The notes below the pieces were generated by a model. The model ran no database searches, was not told the DNA's origin, and was given only the letters and a program-made list of their open reading frames with translations. Positions 14,199 through 27,630 of a DNA stretch of 64,000 nt are shown piece after piece. The position numbers and the translations under genes are program-made. Positions within the stretch are counted from its first letter, which is position 1, and each line of letters opens with the position of its first letter. The stretch lies in contig OZ024747.1 of the NCBI GenBank assembly GCA_964016885.1, positions 89,900,001 through 89,964,000 on the forward strand. The letters run 5' to 3'. The DNA comes from Eledone cirrhosa (taxonomy: Eukaryota).

Positions 14199-14716
14199 AT
14201 TTAATATAGAAATGGCTTCTATAGGACTAGAACTGTCTCATTTGGGAGAAATCATCAGGAAGCCTGATGATTTCTCCTGAATGAGACAGGGATGGAAACT
14301 GATTCTGGCTTGATTTCTACAGCTGGATGCCCTTCCTAACACCAACCTCATTTTATAGTGAGTGCTGGGTGCTTTTTTTCCGTGGCGCCTACACGTCCTC
14401 TTTACAGTGTGTGTAGGCTGGGAGCTTTTTTGCCGTGGCACCTCCACGACTACTTTGCAATGGAATGATAGGGACCCCAGTCCCTATCATCTCATACAGC
14501 TGAGTAAACTGGAGCGAGCAATGTGAAATAAAGTATCTGGCTCAAGGAAACAACACATCACCCGCTCTGAGAATTGAACTCACAACCTTTCGATTGCAAG
14601 CCCAATGCTCTAACCACTAAGCCATGTGCCTCCATTTCTATATTAAATATTTATACTTTGCTATGTATTGAGTACCTTACTTACTGTGGTTACCCCCGAT
14701 TGAACCCGGGATAAAA
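14199..14716 (+). mobile_element. Non-autonomous Penelope-like element (family P-A) in (TA)n, interrupted by two SINE fragments
   Basis: Inverted arm TTAATATAGAAATGG...ATCATCAGG; forward copy CCTGATGA... at 14263 resumes as CCATTTCTATATTAA at 14632; tail shared with 18787-18853. Confidence 0.55.
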
Positions 14717-14721
14717 TTATC

Positions 14722-14767
<46 letters not shown>

Positions 14768-14787
14768 TATATATATATGTGTGTGTG

Positions 14788-14819
<32 letters not shown>

Positions 14820-16729
14820 CATAAATATATATATATATATATATGTAGTGACAATAAGAAGTCAGATTTGAGGCTTGTTATGCAACTTTATTGCATATTA
14901 CAATTGCTTTGATATCGATCAGCTCAGATTTGATCAGGCGATTGGATCCCGATTCTTAATCGACACACATACACACACACATTAATATATATATATATAT
15001 ACATATATGTATATATATATACATAAAGGCACATGCATACACACAGACATACACACATGTATATCTATATATAAACTGCTGTTTTAAAAACATGTTTTAT
15101 GACAGAAAAATAAATTATTACTTGTTAACTATTTCTAGAGTTAAATTAAGATTAAATAAGATTAAATATTTTGAGTATAAACAGTTATTGAGTGTATTGT
15201 TTAATACTTGACATAAAAAATATCAAATAACTTGATATTAAAAAATTAATATAGTGAGGTAAGTTTAGATATGTCAATAGGTGTAAATTTATAAGATAAA
15301 TTTTAATACAGTTGTTTATCACCAGAATATAAATGTAATAGCTGAAAATTCCTTTGTTTGTATATTTAATATACCTAGAATACATGAAAATGATTATTTC
15401 TACTTTATCACAATCCACAATATGGCACCAAATTTTACATCCTCTGGGTTAAAAGTGTTTAGTAACTTCCTTTGATATAAGAAATCTCCCTTTCTTCCTG
15501 TGTAGAAATTTATCAACATGACTACAATTATATTTCTATTTTATGTTTCTATTCAGTAAATTGGTGAAATAGTTTCTAGATTTTTCTGATTGCTACAGAA
15601 ACAGACAAGTTCAGTATTACATAATTATAATTACATCTAATTGTGGTGCTGTCTAGTACAATATAATATAATTACATAAACTTCCTTTGATATTAGCTAA
15701 GAGGTATATTGCAGAATTAAAAGGGAAATTTAAATCAATTCAAGAAAATTTGATTTAATTAGAGAAAATTATTGAATATGGAATAAAACAGCAATGTATA
15801 AAAAAGATTCTTGTGAATAAAAGTCAAATTGTTTTAATGGAAAGGGAAAATAGAACTAAGGGAGTTATGTGTAAAAGGATCTCTATTACCAGAATATAGC
15901 TAATCCAAAACAGAAGGAAACAATGTCATAGGAGAGAAAATCACATTTGTTAAACATTTTATTATTATTTATTTTATTGTTGTTTCACAAGGGTGATGGA
16001 TCGGCAGTATCGGTAGAGCAGCAGACAACATGCTTTACAGCATGGAGTTATGACCCTTTACGTTCTGAGTTCAAATCCTGCCAAGGTTAGCTTTGCCATT
16101 CATCTTTACAGGGTCGATAAAATAAAGTACCAGTCATGCACTGGGGTCAATTTAATCGACTTTTCCCTTCCCCAAAAATTGCTGGCCTTGTGCTTAAAGT
16201 AGAAACAATTATTTGTTTTCATAACAAGATACCTTGTGCTTCTCAACACAATCTGAACTATTTCAATTATTATATTCAACATGTTATGTAATTAACTTGC
16301 TTATCTCATTTGAAATTAGACATTAAAACTATTTTACCCCTTTGGGGTCTAATTTTGATTGTGTAGAATATAATACACCTCCTGCAAGCAAGCTATGTGA
16401 CTGGAAAGATCAAGTCAAAATGAAGGAAATTAAATTTATTCTCAATTAGACATAGGAATTTAAATATTTTCAGTTGAGAACAACAATGATACTGTATTAT
16501 TAGAATTATAATATTACCTACTATAATGATGATATAGTTAATAATATCATTAATGTTTAGCTACAAAATATAAATTATAGAAAGACCTTTGGGATATAAA
16601 TGAAAATAATACAAATATCTATTGAAATAAAAATATTCATTATTCTATGTTCTTTAGTTTATACTTAACATAACTGAAGTAGTAAGAGTATGTAATAGAA
16701 TCTGGAAGTTTAGACTAGTCATAGACTAT

Positions 16730-17480
16730 ACAGCAACAACTATCATATCTGATAGATATTATAGATATTAAAGACTTGTAGCTACACCAACTATCATATC
16801 TGAGGGATATTATAGATATAAGAGATTTGTAGCTACTCCAACTATTATCTCTGATGGATATTATAGATATCAAAGACTTGTAGCTACTCCAACTATCATC
16901 CCTGGTAGATATTATAGATATAAAAGACTTGTAGCTACTCCAACTATCATCCCTGGTAGATATTATAGATATAAAAGACTTGTAGCTACTCCAACTATCA
17001 TCCCTGGTAGATATTATAGATATAAAAGACTTGTAGCTACTCCAACTATCATCCCTGGTAGATATTATAGATATAAAAGACTTGTAGCTACTCCAACTAT
17101 CATCCCTGGTAGATATTATAGATATAAAAGACTTGTAGCTACTCCAGCTATCATCCCTGGTAGATATTATAGATATAAAAGACTTGTAGCTACTCCAACT
17201 ATCATCCCTGGTAGATATTATAGATATCAACGACTTGTAGCTACTCTATCATATCTGATGGATATTATAGCTATCAGACTTGTAGCTACTCCAACTATCA
17301 TCCCTGGTAGATATTATAGATATCAAAGACTTGTAGCTATTCTATCATATCTGATGGATATTATAGATATCAGAGATTTGTAGCTACTTCACCTATCATC
17401 TCTAATGGATATTATAGATATCAAAGACTTGTAGCTACTCCAACTATCATCTCCGATGATGGATATTATAGATATCAGTG
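16730..17480. repeat. 51-bp tandem minisatellite, about 15 copies, with about 1.5 more at 17772-17853
   Basis: Unit CCAACTATCATCCCTGGTAGATATTATAGATATAAAAGACTTGTAGCTACT; 17-aa period in ORF 16715-17230. Confidence 0.95.
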
Positions 17481-17481
17481 A

Positions 17482-17595
17482 CTATAATATCCATCAGAGA
17501 TGATAGTTGGAGTAGCTACAAGTCTTTGATATCTATATTATCCATCAGAGATGGTAGTTGTTGCTGTATAGCCTATGACTAGTCTAAACTTCCAG
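17482..17595 (-). repeat. Inverted copy of 16702-16815
   Basis: ...TTGCTGTATAGCCTATGACTAGTCTAAACTTCCAG is the near-exact reverse complement of CTGGAAGTTTAGACTAGTCATAGACTATACAGCAA. Confidence 0.9.
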
Positions 17596-17772
17596 TGGCA
17601 GTATCGGTAGATGGTTGGATGCCATGCTTTCTAGCATAGTTACGTCCCTTTATGGTCTGAGTTCAAATCCTGTTGAAGTTAACTTTGCCTTTCATCCTTA
17701 CGGGGTCGATAAAATAAAGTACCAGTAATGTACTGGGTAATTGCTGGCCTTGTGTCAAAAGTAGAAACAATT
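17596..17772 (+). mobile_element. SINE family S1
   Basis: Matches S1 consensus motifs. Confidence 0.85.
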
Positions 17773-18373
17773 ATAGATATCGGAGATTTGTAGCTACTCC
17801 AACTATCATATCTGATGGATATTATTGATATCAGTGGTTTGTAGCTACTCCAATGATTCAAAACAGGACAATATGGGAGAACACTCTTTGGTGTGCAGAA
17901 CCCCAGGTGCATGGCACCTCACGTTCCTAGCAGACAAAATAGAAAATATGTTACCCACAAAAATAGTGAATGAGACGTGTTAAAGTAGCCATTCCAACTT
18001 GTAGAGCTCATTTCTATGTGTGCCCAATTCCCCCTGAAAGCAGGGAGTAGAGAGGTGGCTCAAAGAACAAGAATGCCAGATATCTCCACAGCTGAAGGTT
18101 TCAATGACAAAACCATTTGATACTTCAACTACATGTGAAATATCAACAAAGCCTGTTGCTGATTGCACCAGAAAGCTGCTGAAGTAGTGTAATGGTAAAC
18201 ATACTGAAGTGTCAGAATAAATACATTAGAATCAATCATTTTGATTCCAAATCAGTTAACTATACCAATCCTTTGAGAGTCAGGTCAACCCCTGCAGGAT
18301 TTGAACTCGGAATAGGGAACAGTGAAATGAAGATGTTCGTTGTGGTGTTCCACTGTTCTTGATATATACTTAA

Positions 18374-18594
18374 CCCTTTAACATTTACATTGTTCTATAT
18401 TTACTATTGTATTTTCGTGGTAAACACTTTATTTCACATAATTATTTAACATAATATAGAATCTGTGAGATTTTGATATTATTTATTTTGAGAACCATAC
18501 CTTAACATAAGTATGAGTGGTCAGTTACAGCTGGTTTGAACAGAAAGAGGTGAGAAAATTCTGATCAGATGTGGCCGGTTTAAATGCTAAAAGG
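18374..18594 (+). mobile_element. piggyBac-like MITE PB-1
   Basis: TTAA|CCCTTTAACATT...AATGCTAAAAGG. Confidence 0.7.
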
Positions 18595-18655
18595 TTGAAA
18601 CGTTTTTACCTCCATTCTAAATTTAATAAGGTATTTGCAGTTGATATATACATTC

Positions 18656-18692
<37 letters not shown>

Positions 18693-18708
18693 ACCACACA
18701 CACAAAAT

Positions 18709-18853
18709 AACAAATTTAATATAGAAATGGCTTCTACAGGACCAGAGTTCTAGTCCTGTAGAAGCCATTTCTATATTAAATTTGTTGTTTATACTCTACT
18801 AATGTATTGAGTACTTTATTTACTGTGGTTACCCCTGATTGAACCTGGGACTT
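18709..18853 (+). mobile_element. Short Penelope-like fragment (family P-A): hairpin plus 3' tail
   Basis: Perfect 34-bp arms 18709-18742 and 18753-18786; tail ...GTATTGAGTACT...GTGGTTACCCCTGATTGAACCTGGGA as at 14652-14712. Confidence 0.55.
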
Positions 18854-18866
18854 GATATATAATATA

Positions 18867-19197
18867 TATAGCGAGAGTACTGGGTTGTATGAATGTAACA
18901 AGGAATACATTGTTTGTGTAGATAATATTTAATTAACAATGGTAGATAGTATAGTTGACATGTCAAAGAAATAGATGATAGAATGAAACAAAGTTAGTCG
19001 TTACCGTTTTGATTGCCAGGCAAACGCGGCTGGCAGAGGACGCCTGGCTAAGGCCAGCCAGGCCGTATGAGAGGCAGAGCCAAATGAGAGAGTGAGAACT
19101 TAAAGTTGTTAGTTTTATAGGGTTCTGACCGGAAGTTACAGAAAGGGTTCTACTTCCCGTCTAGATGTTAATCCAAACAAGGGAGACAACCGCTACA
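18867..19197 (-). mobile_element. Solo LTR (331 bp) in (TA)n
   Basis: Minus strand starts TGTAGCG and ends CGCTATA (near-perfect TG...CA inverted termini); CTATAAAA box followed by ATTAAA. Confidence 0.6.
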
Positions 19198-21610
19198 TAT
19201 ATATATATATGTGTGTGTGTGTTGCATGTAAGTGTCATAGTTTGAGTCAAATGCTTTACTTTTTTTCATTTGTATGTCTTAGTAGTTTTTCTCAATTGAT
19301 ATGTCATGTCCATGCATTTCTCAATTGTATTGGTAACTTAAATAAAATAATTCCAATGGAGAATCAAAATTAGAACATTAACTTTAATTGATGATTCAGC
19401 TAGCTGAGAATATACCACCTCTTTTTATTGATTGTTGATACAGAATCTTCATTAGTTTAAACCACAACAATAAAAAAAATCAGCTTTCTTAAAGTTTTAC
19501 ATTAAATCAATTGTTCAACTCATATAAAACACAAATTTATCCCTTTTTTAGCAAAAGTCCCTGGCATTGTTAACTCTTTTCTAAACCCTCTATTACACAT
19601 ATATTGTGTCCTATTTTATATTTTCTTCTGTTGCTACAATGACTAACAGTTCTTAGGTTTTATCTTTTGCAGTCTAAGTTTAATCAAAACACTCTACTTT
19701 ATTTGATATTTTAGTTATTCTACTATATTCGTAAATCATTTAGTCATTAACAAATACTGATTTTTCCTCGGTACATAATCGTTTCTAGTTAGAGTTTTAA
19801 CAATCGTTAAATCTAACTTAGCTATTGTTAGTATTTTCAATATATATCTTGCTTTAGGGAAGTTGATTGGAGGTATAGGTAGAGCAATGGACAACATGAT
19901 TTACAGCATATGGTTGCATCTATTTATATTCTGAGTTCAAATCCCCACACCCCCATTTCATCTTTGAGGGCTCTATAAAATAAAATTCCAGTCACATACT
20001 GGGGTTGATGCAATCGACTTTCCCCTCCCCCAAAAATTGTTGGCATTGTGCCTAAATCAGAAACAACTATAATAAAATGTTGTAGTTTGCTTGAAACATT
20101 GTATACAATATATAATGTGGAAAAGATATAAGGCTAAACAGTGCAAATTGGATGGTAAGATGAAGGTAACGAAAAAGTAAGTTACCTGGGGATCTTTGTT
20201 TTGTTTTTTTGTTGTTGTTGTTTCTTCCATCCTAATATTTCTTACTTTCACCAAACTGTCAAGTTCCTACTTACTACTTACTCTTCGATTGGAACTTGCT
20301 TTTTCTGCTTTCTCTTAATAATTACTTCATTAGGTTTTTTTTATGTTGGCCTTCAATGAGTAGGATTTGAATTCAAAACATAAAGAGATAGAAAAAAACC
20401 TTTATAGTTATGTTTTATGTTTCATTAACTACTAAGTCCACTGGGGCCACAGGTCAGCCAGTGCATTGGCCCTCATTTACTCATAATAGTGAGAGATAGG
20501 GAAAGCTGGAGGGACAGAGGCAGTGACAGTGGGAGTTTGGTTCCTTTGTGTTCGGATCTGGTGTATATGTATGTTTCACACCACGACTAGTAAGCAACAT
20601 TACCAAGATTGGAGATACAATATATTGTAAAAAATATACCAACTATAAACAAAAACTTTGAGTACAGGAAGGTTATGAAAAGATTAAACAACAGAACTTT
20701 CTAGCTGCTGTACAGCTTCCCTTGCTTCACATTTTTTCTTTATCTTTTTTTTTATGTTTATTTTGCCTCCAGTTGACCTTCCCTATTGAAATGTTTTTAA
20801 ATTTAAATTTTTATATTCACTTATCTTGCTTTTTGTTTGTCAACTGTAAGAATTACTAAATACTTTCCCTAGTTTGTCATGCAATACTAGCTGTAGGTGG
20901 ATGTTTGAATTGATTAAATAAATAAATAACTCATTCTTCTTATTTTTATCTATTTCAGGTGGGTAGAAGCTTTGAAGAAATCTATTGGAAGATGGATCAG
21001 AGTGCTTTAGAAATGCTTACATTATTAGTCCAGTAAATAAAGGGCAATGCATTGGCAGTATTGGTAGAGCATCGGACACCATGCTTCAGGGAATAGAGTT
21101 ACATTCTGAGTTCAAATCCTGCCGAGGTTAGCTTTGCCTTTCATCCTTGCAAGGTCGATAAAATAAAGTACCAGTAACACACTGGGGTCGTTTAAATTGA
21201 CTTTTCCCTCTCCCCAAAATTGTTGGCCTTGTGCCTAAAACAGAAACCATTATTAATCCATTAAAAAGAAAACTGCTTCATTAGGCTGATGTCACATTAG
21301 CTTTTTATTTTTTTCCTGCCTGTCATTAGCTTCTCACTGATAAAAAGACATCGACTGTTGGATATCATTGTCAAGGATTTTCTATCTACTTGAACACATT
21401 TGATGCTTTAGATTTATATACAATTTCAAAAATATTGAAATCACACTTTAATGAAAAGCCTGCATTGAAAGAACACATGCATAGATTGGGTATCTTTTAG
21501 ATTCCCCACCTATTAGTGCACTTTGTAGTGTCCCCAACCATTTATTCTGCTTAAAAATCAAGAAAATTCATATCAGGATCAGAGCTTTCTACATATTTAC
21601 ATATATATAC

Positions 21611-21658
<48 letters not shown>

Positions 21659-21935
21659 TTACATTACATTTACATCCACATACATACATATATATATATA
21701 TTTATGCGTGTGTGTGTGTGTGTAAAATCCTGATCACGGCACAATGTGGTTTCAGCTTGTGTGTTCAGCAATATATAAATGTGGTTGGTGTTAGGAAGGG
21801 CATCCAGCTATAAAAAAAACCTGCCAGAGATGCTTCCATGCGAGCGAAAAATGGTCTCCCGATCGTTCCCCGCATCAAATGGAACAAGACCATCTAACCC
21901 ATGCTAGCGTGGAAGATGGACGTTAAACGATGATG

Positions 21936-21992
<57 letters not shown>

Positions 21993-22125
21993 GGGTGCAC
22001 AGTGCTGAGACCGAGGAGACCACTAATCATGAAAAAGGTTGCTGAACACACAATGAAAAAGCACTTGGTGCTGCAGTCAGGCTTTTTACCCATATATACA
22101 TATATACATATATATATATGTATAT

Positions 22126-22174
<49 letters not shown>

Positions 22175-22549
22175 TATATATATGTATATATACATATACT
22201 CACACATGGACTGAGATAGGATAAGTCTACTCCCATCTATAAATGTACATATTTACACAGATATCAGAAGCATATAGGTATTTTAACTCTGGTGCATATA
22301 TTAACTTTCTATTTTCTCCAGAATTAACCCTCAGCATATAATCTCTACCTTTCCCCTTTGCAATTCATATAATCGCTCACCTCTGCCCCATTTAAAGACT
22401 GCTTCTCAACATATATGAGTTACTGTTATTAGAACTCCTCTAATATTGTACAAACTTCACTCAGATTCATATAAACTTTATAGAGTTCTTAAAATGAAAG
22501 GCGATTACAGAAAACATTATTACTGAAACTTATCAGTTGTACAACGCTT

Positions 22550-23376
<827 letters not shown>

Positions 23377-25389
23377 ATCTTTATATATATGCTGTGTCTT
23401 TTATTTGGTGATTTATCTAAATATCTGGATATGCAAGAACATTTGGAAGCTAATACAGTGGATTATAAATATACATGTTTTTTTCTTTTTGGTCATTATC
23501 GTCCAGCACTCTCCTTCTCCCCCCTCTCTCTCTCCATATACATATGTATTTATCTGTGTCCTTGTGTGTGTGTATATGTGTATGAATATATATATATATA
23601 TATATGTATACGTCTAAACCCATGGTAGCGTGGAAGATAGATATTAAATGATGATGATGATGATGATATATATGTATACAGATATATATATAAATATTAT
23701 ATATATATATATTTATATATATATACAGATATAAATATATAAATATTATATATATACATACCCATCCAAACCCATGCAAGCGTGGAAGATGGACGTTAAA
23801 CGATGATGATGATGATGATGATGATGACACACATGTATTATCATTTTAATATTTATATACATACATATGCATACATATATTTGTATATATATATATATGC
23901 ACACACATAATTGTATCCAGTTCTCTCTCTCTCTCCCTAATTGCTTCTCATACACTCACACATTTAAAACATCATACAGCTTAGTAAGAAAAATGGACAT
24001 TAAATGATGATGACGACGACGATGATGATGATGATGATGATGATTTTGTTCTGTTGTCTTAACATTCTCTTTCCCAGCTTTGGTAAAATGAAAATCATTG
24101 AGAAAATAATTTGTATGAAATATACAAAATTACATCCCTATTACTTATAATCTGAGTTAAACATGAGCTAAAAGTTATTGATTTAAGCGGCTCAAAATAT
24201 TGATAGTTTATAAAGCTATGTGAATCTATAATTGAAGGTTTAATCTCTGAAAGACTCTCACGTAAACTGTTGGGAGGAGATAATTTGATTGATAAGCTTA
24301 AAAGTCTCAAATGTATCAACAACAAATAAACAACTTCATCAACAATGATAATTCCCATTTAAAGTAAGCTCTATTAAGTTGTTTCTATTCTACCTTGGAT
24401 TTTGTTTATTTTAATTGTCTTCAGTTTCTTTCTTTGTAAATGGTTATATAATGTTACATCCTACACTTGTGTGTATAATCAATTAAACTTGCTCTTAACT
24501 GTTTGCACTAACAAATAAATAAGATTCAAATCATATCAGCTTTGCTGATAAACAATAGAACTATACTATTCTATACCCAAAGGGGATAAAGATATTATTG
24601 ATCTGTACTATCTGACTTGTCATTCTATGATTTCACTTCATTCTTCATGTAGTTTTCAAACTATTTTTGTTCGACTCACTAGTTTAGCAGCCATTTTTAT
24701 CTGTTATGTGTACACATTTCACTGATATAAGCATACATACAAGAATACATATTTATATATGTGTATATGCAAAAGGTTGGAAAGACATTTCAGTTGTGTC
24801 AAGGACATGACAATTTACCTAGTGCTGGTTATTTATGCAATAAATGCACCCAGTACACACTGTAAAATGGTTGGAGATAGAAAGAGCATCCAACCATAGA
24901 AAGCTTGCCCAACAAAGGATTGGGAGGATCTTTCAGTTGTGTCAAAAACATGACAAAATCTCTAGGGTTGGTGTCATAATAAAAGGTAGTCAGTAGTGCA
25001 TAGGACCATTTTTAAGTGTGATGTGGATCACCTGCCTGTCTGGGAGATCAGTAGTCATGCTCGACTACTGACCCATCCAACCTTTGCTAGCAGGGAACAT
25101 GGATGTTAAAGGATTATTTATGGCCACCACTGTATAATGGAAGATACACTTTTAAACTGGCCATTCATTCAGGCATGTGGACAAAAATCTCTCTCTCTCT
25201 CTATATATATATATACCACGGAGGCGGAGGGGGCATTTCCCCCTCCGCCTCCGTGGTATTTTCTTCGGGGTTATAAGAGGCTTAGCTCTGTTTCTCGACC
25301 GTTATATCGCGTGACTATCTCCCCCTCCGCCTTTTGGGATTCTTTCTCACGTCGTGTAGACGCGTTCTTGAGACTAGTAAAATGAGGTA

Positions 25390-25479
25390 TCCTCTTGATA
25401 AGTCGGCAGACCTCGCAAGGACTCTATATCTTTATGATATATTGTTTTTGTTTATGCCACGAAACTACGTAGTCGAGGA
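25390..25479 (+). ncRNA. Type I hammerhead ribozyme, U3-A8 core variant
   Basis: Stem I TCCTC/GAGGA; core TTGATAA; stem II GT(C)GGCA/TGCCAC; GAAA; palindromic stem III ACTACGTAGT; GUC site, cut after 25474. Confidence 0.85.
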
Positions 25480-25984
25480 ATTTAGGAGCAGTTTAGGTAT
25501 GATACATTTTATTACTAATTATATCTAAATGTTTCTTCTCTCTTCATAATGTATTTTTAACTCTGATACTGGTTCAGTCTAGTTCAACTGAATTGGTCTG
25601 TCCCAGTCATTCATTGAGCAACATCGGTGAAGTTGGCACCCTTAACTCACAGTTGGGTGCGGATGCATTCATGTATATATGTGTGTGTCCGCATGTATCT
25701 GTGTGTTTCTAATTATATTGTTAATAACTCCCTCTGGTCGAGCAATCTTTGAAGTGTGGGGACAGCTGGAAGGCTTCCATTACTCATACTTCTCGCCTTC
25801 TTCACCACCTCTTCTACGGCCTCGATATAAATGCCCCCTCCGCCTCCGTGGTATTTTCTTCTGGGTTATAAGAGGCTTAGCTCTGTTTCTCGACCGTTAT
25901 ATCGCGTGACTATCTCCCCCTCCGCCTTTTGGGATTCTTTCTCACGTCGTGTAGACGCGTTCTTGAGACTAGTAAAATGAGGTA

Positions 25985-26074
25985 TCCTCTTGATAAGTCG
26001 GCAGACCTCGCAAGGACTCTATATCTTTATGATATATTGTTTTTGTTTATGCCACGAAACTACGTAGTCGAGGA
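25985..26074 (+). ncRNA. Type I hammerhead ribozyme, second identical copy
   Basis: Identical to 25390-25479; cut after 26069. Confidence 0.85.
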
Positions 26075-26146
26075 ATTTAGGAGCAGTTTAGGTATGATAC
26101 ATTTTATTACTAATTATATCTAAATGTTTCTTCTCTCTTCATAATG

Positions 26147-26240
<94 letters not shown>

Positions 26241-26244
26241 TTTA

Positions 26245-27455
26245 CAGTTATGAGGTCAAAGAAGCAATCAAGGAAATGAAAAATAGTATAGCTGCTGGAA
26301 TATCAGAGATAGTCCCTAAGAGGCTGAAAGCATCTAGGGAAATAGGTGCTGAACTAGTCCTCTTATAGTCAATCAGGTAATACAGGACATGGTAATACAA
26401 TGACTGGTGCAGTGGTATACTCATGAATTTCTACAAGGTTATTCTCTGGAAATGCGCATCTACAAAGACATAAAACTAATGGACCAAGTTATGAAAGTGA
26501 CAGAAAGAGTTCCAACACAACTTGTTACAAAAAGTCAAATTAGATGAGATGTAGTTCAGTTTTGTGTCAAGAAGGAGTACTACCGAGGTTTTTTTAGTGA
26601 GACAACTATAATAGAAGTTCCTGGCTAAAACTAAATCACTATATCAAGCTTTTGTTGATCTAGGGAAGGCCTTTAACAAAGTACCACGAAATGTCATCTC
26701 ATTGTCTCTGAGGAAACTAGATTTAAAAGAGTGGTTTGTGAGAGCATTACAAGCCATGTACAGAGGAGCTCACAGGAAAGTAAGGGTAGAAAATGAATTT
26801 AGAGAAAAATTCAAGGTACAGGTAAGTGTGCATGAGATCTCAGTCCTCAATCCACTTCTGTTTATTATAATTCTTCAGGCCATAACAGAAGAGTTTGAGG
26901 CTGGTTGTTCATGGGAACTTCTATAAACTGACAATTTGGTTCTTAGAGCTGAATCTGTGGAAGAACTAGATAAGAAATTCCAACCATGGAATAAGAACAT
27001 AAAATCAAAAAAGTTGGAAAGAAGACAGAAACCTGATCTCATTATGGAAGTGACTTTGCTCAATATATAGAAATGGAGTAGGCAAAAACTCTATGATATA
27101 TCCTATGTAAAGCTTTGTTATACAGGAGCTGTAGTGGGATAACAGACAGTAGTAGATTTACAAGGATAGTTAGGGAGGAGACTGTGCTACAATAAATATG
27201 TGATGCAGATGGATGATGATGTCTCGATGAAGAAGTGCCAAGAAATCTCAATGGAAAGAAGACTTAGGCAAAGGCGGCGAGATCTAATATCGAATTGCTG
27301 AAGCACACAGAGGAGATGACAAAGGAACAAGGCAGGTGGAGAGATTATGTGCTTAAAATGATCCATCCAGCCCATGTAAGCATAGATATGCAAGTATAAA
27401 ATGGTGATCAAGCAGGGAAATGTGGATGTAGAATGTTTATGATGAAGATGATGAT
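26245..27455 (+). mobile_element. Decayed RTE-clade LINE: reverse transcriptase and 3' end
   Basis: AFVDLGKAFNKVPR...WFVRALQAMY...KFKVQVSVHEISVLNPLLFIIILQAI...WELL(Y)TDNLVL with stops and frameshifts; (GAT)n-like tail. Confidence 0.85.
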
Positions 27456-27487
27456 ATATACAGACATACACATATATATATATATAT

Positions 27488-27630
27488 CAGATAGGGTGTG
27501 GTGAAAACCAGCTAGACCATAACCCACCAGAGTACTCAATACTTGGGGTAGTAGAGTGGGTAATATGAAAAGATTCAGGATGGCGATGGCTGAGCTCCGG
27601 CCGTTTCGACAGCTAGATCTGAACTCTCAG
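27488..27630 (-). mobile_element. Penelope-like 3' fragment (family P-D) abutting (TA)n
   Basis: Reverse complement matches 52305-52362 plus tail 52583-52646 (CTGTCGAAACGGCCGGAGCTCAGCC...GAGTACTCTGGTG...CCACACCCTATCTG). Confidence 0.6.

Larger units (their letters stand above)
25213..26150 (+). mobile_element. Retrozyme-like or non-autonomous Penelope-like element (family P-B): 26-bp inverted 5' arm plus 317-bp direct repeats, 595-bp period
   Basis: 25239-25555 and 25834-26150 are near identical; 25213-25238 is the reverse complement of 25829-25854; flanked by (TA)n; hammerhead in each repeat. Confidence 0.85.

Noticed and set aside
16715-17230. 171-aa repeat protein
   Set aside because: Translation of the 51-bp minisatellite
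25334-26123. Duplicated 64-aa ORF as a coding gene pair
   Set aside because: TTG start, no recognisable domain; the duplication is the direct repeat carrying the hammerhead
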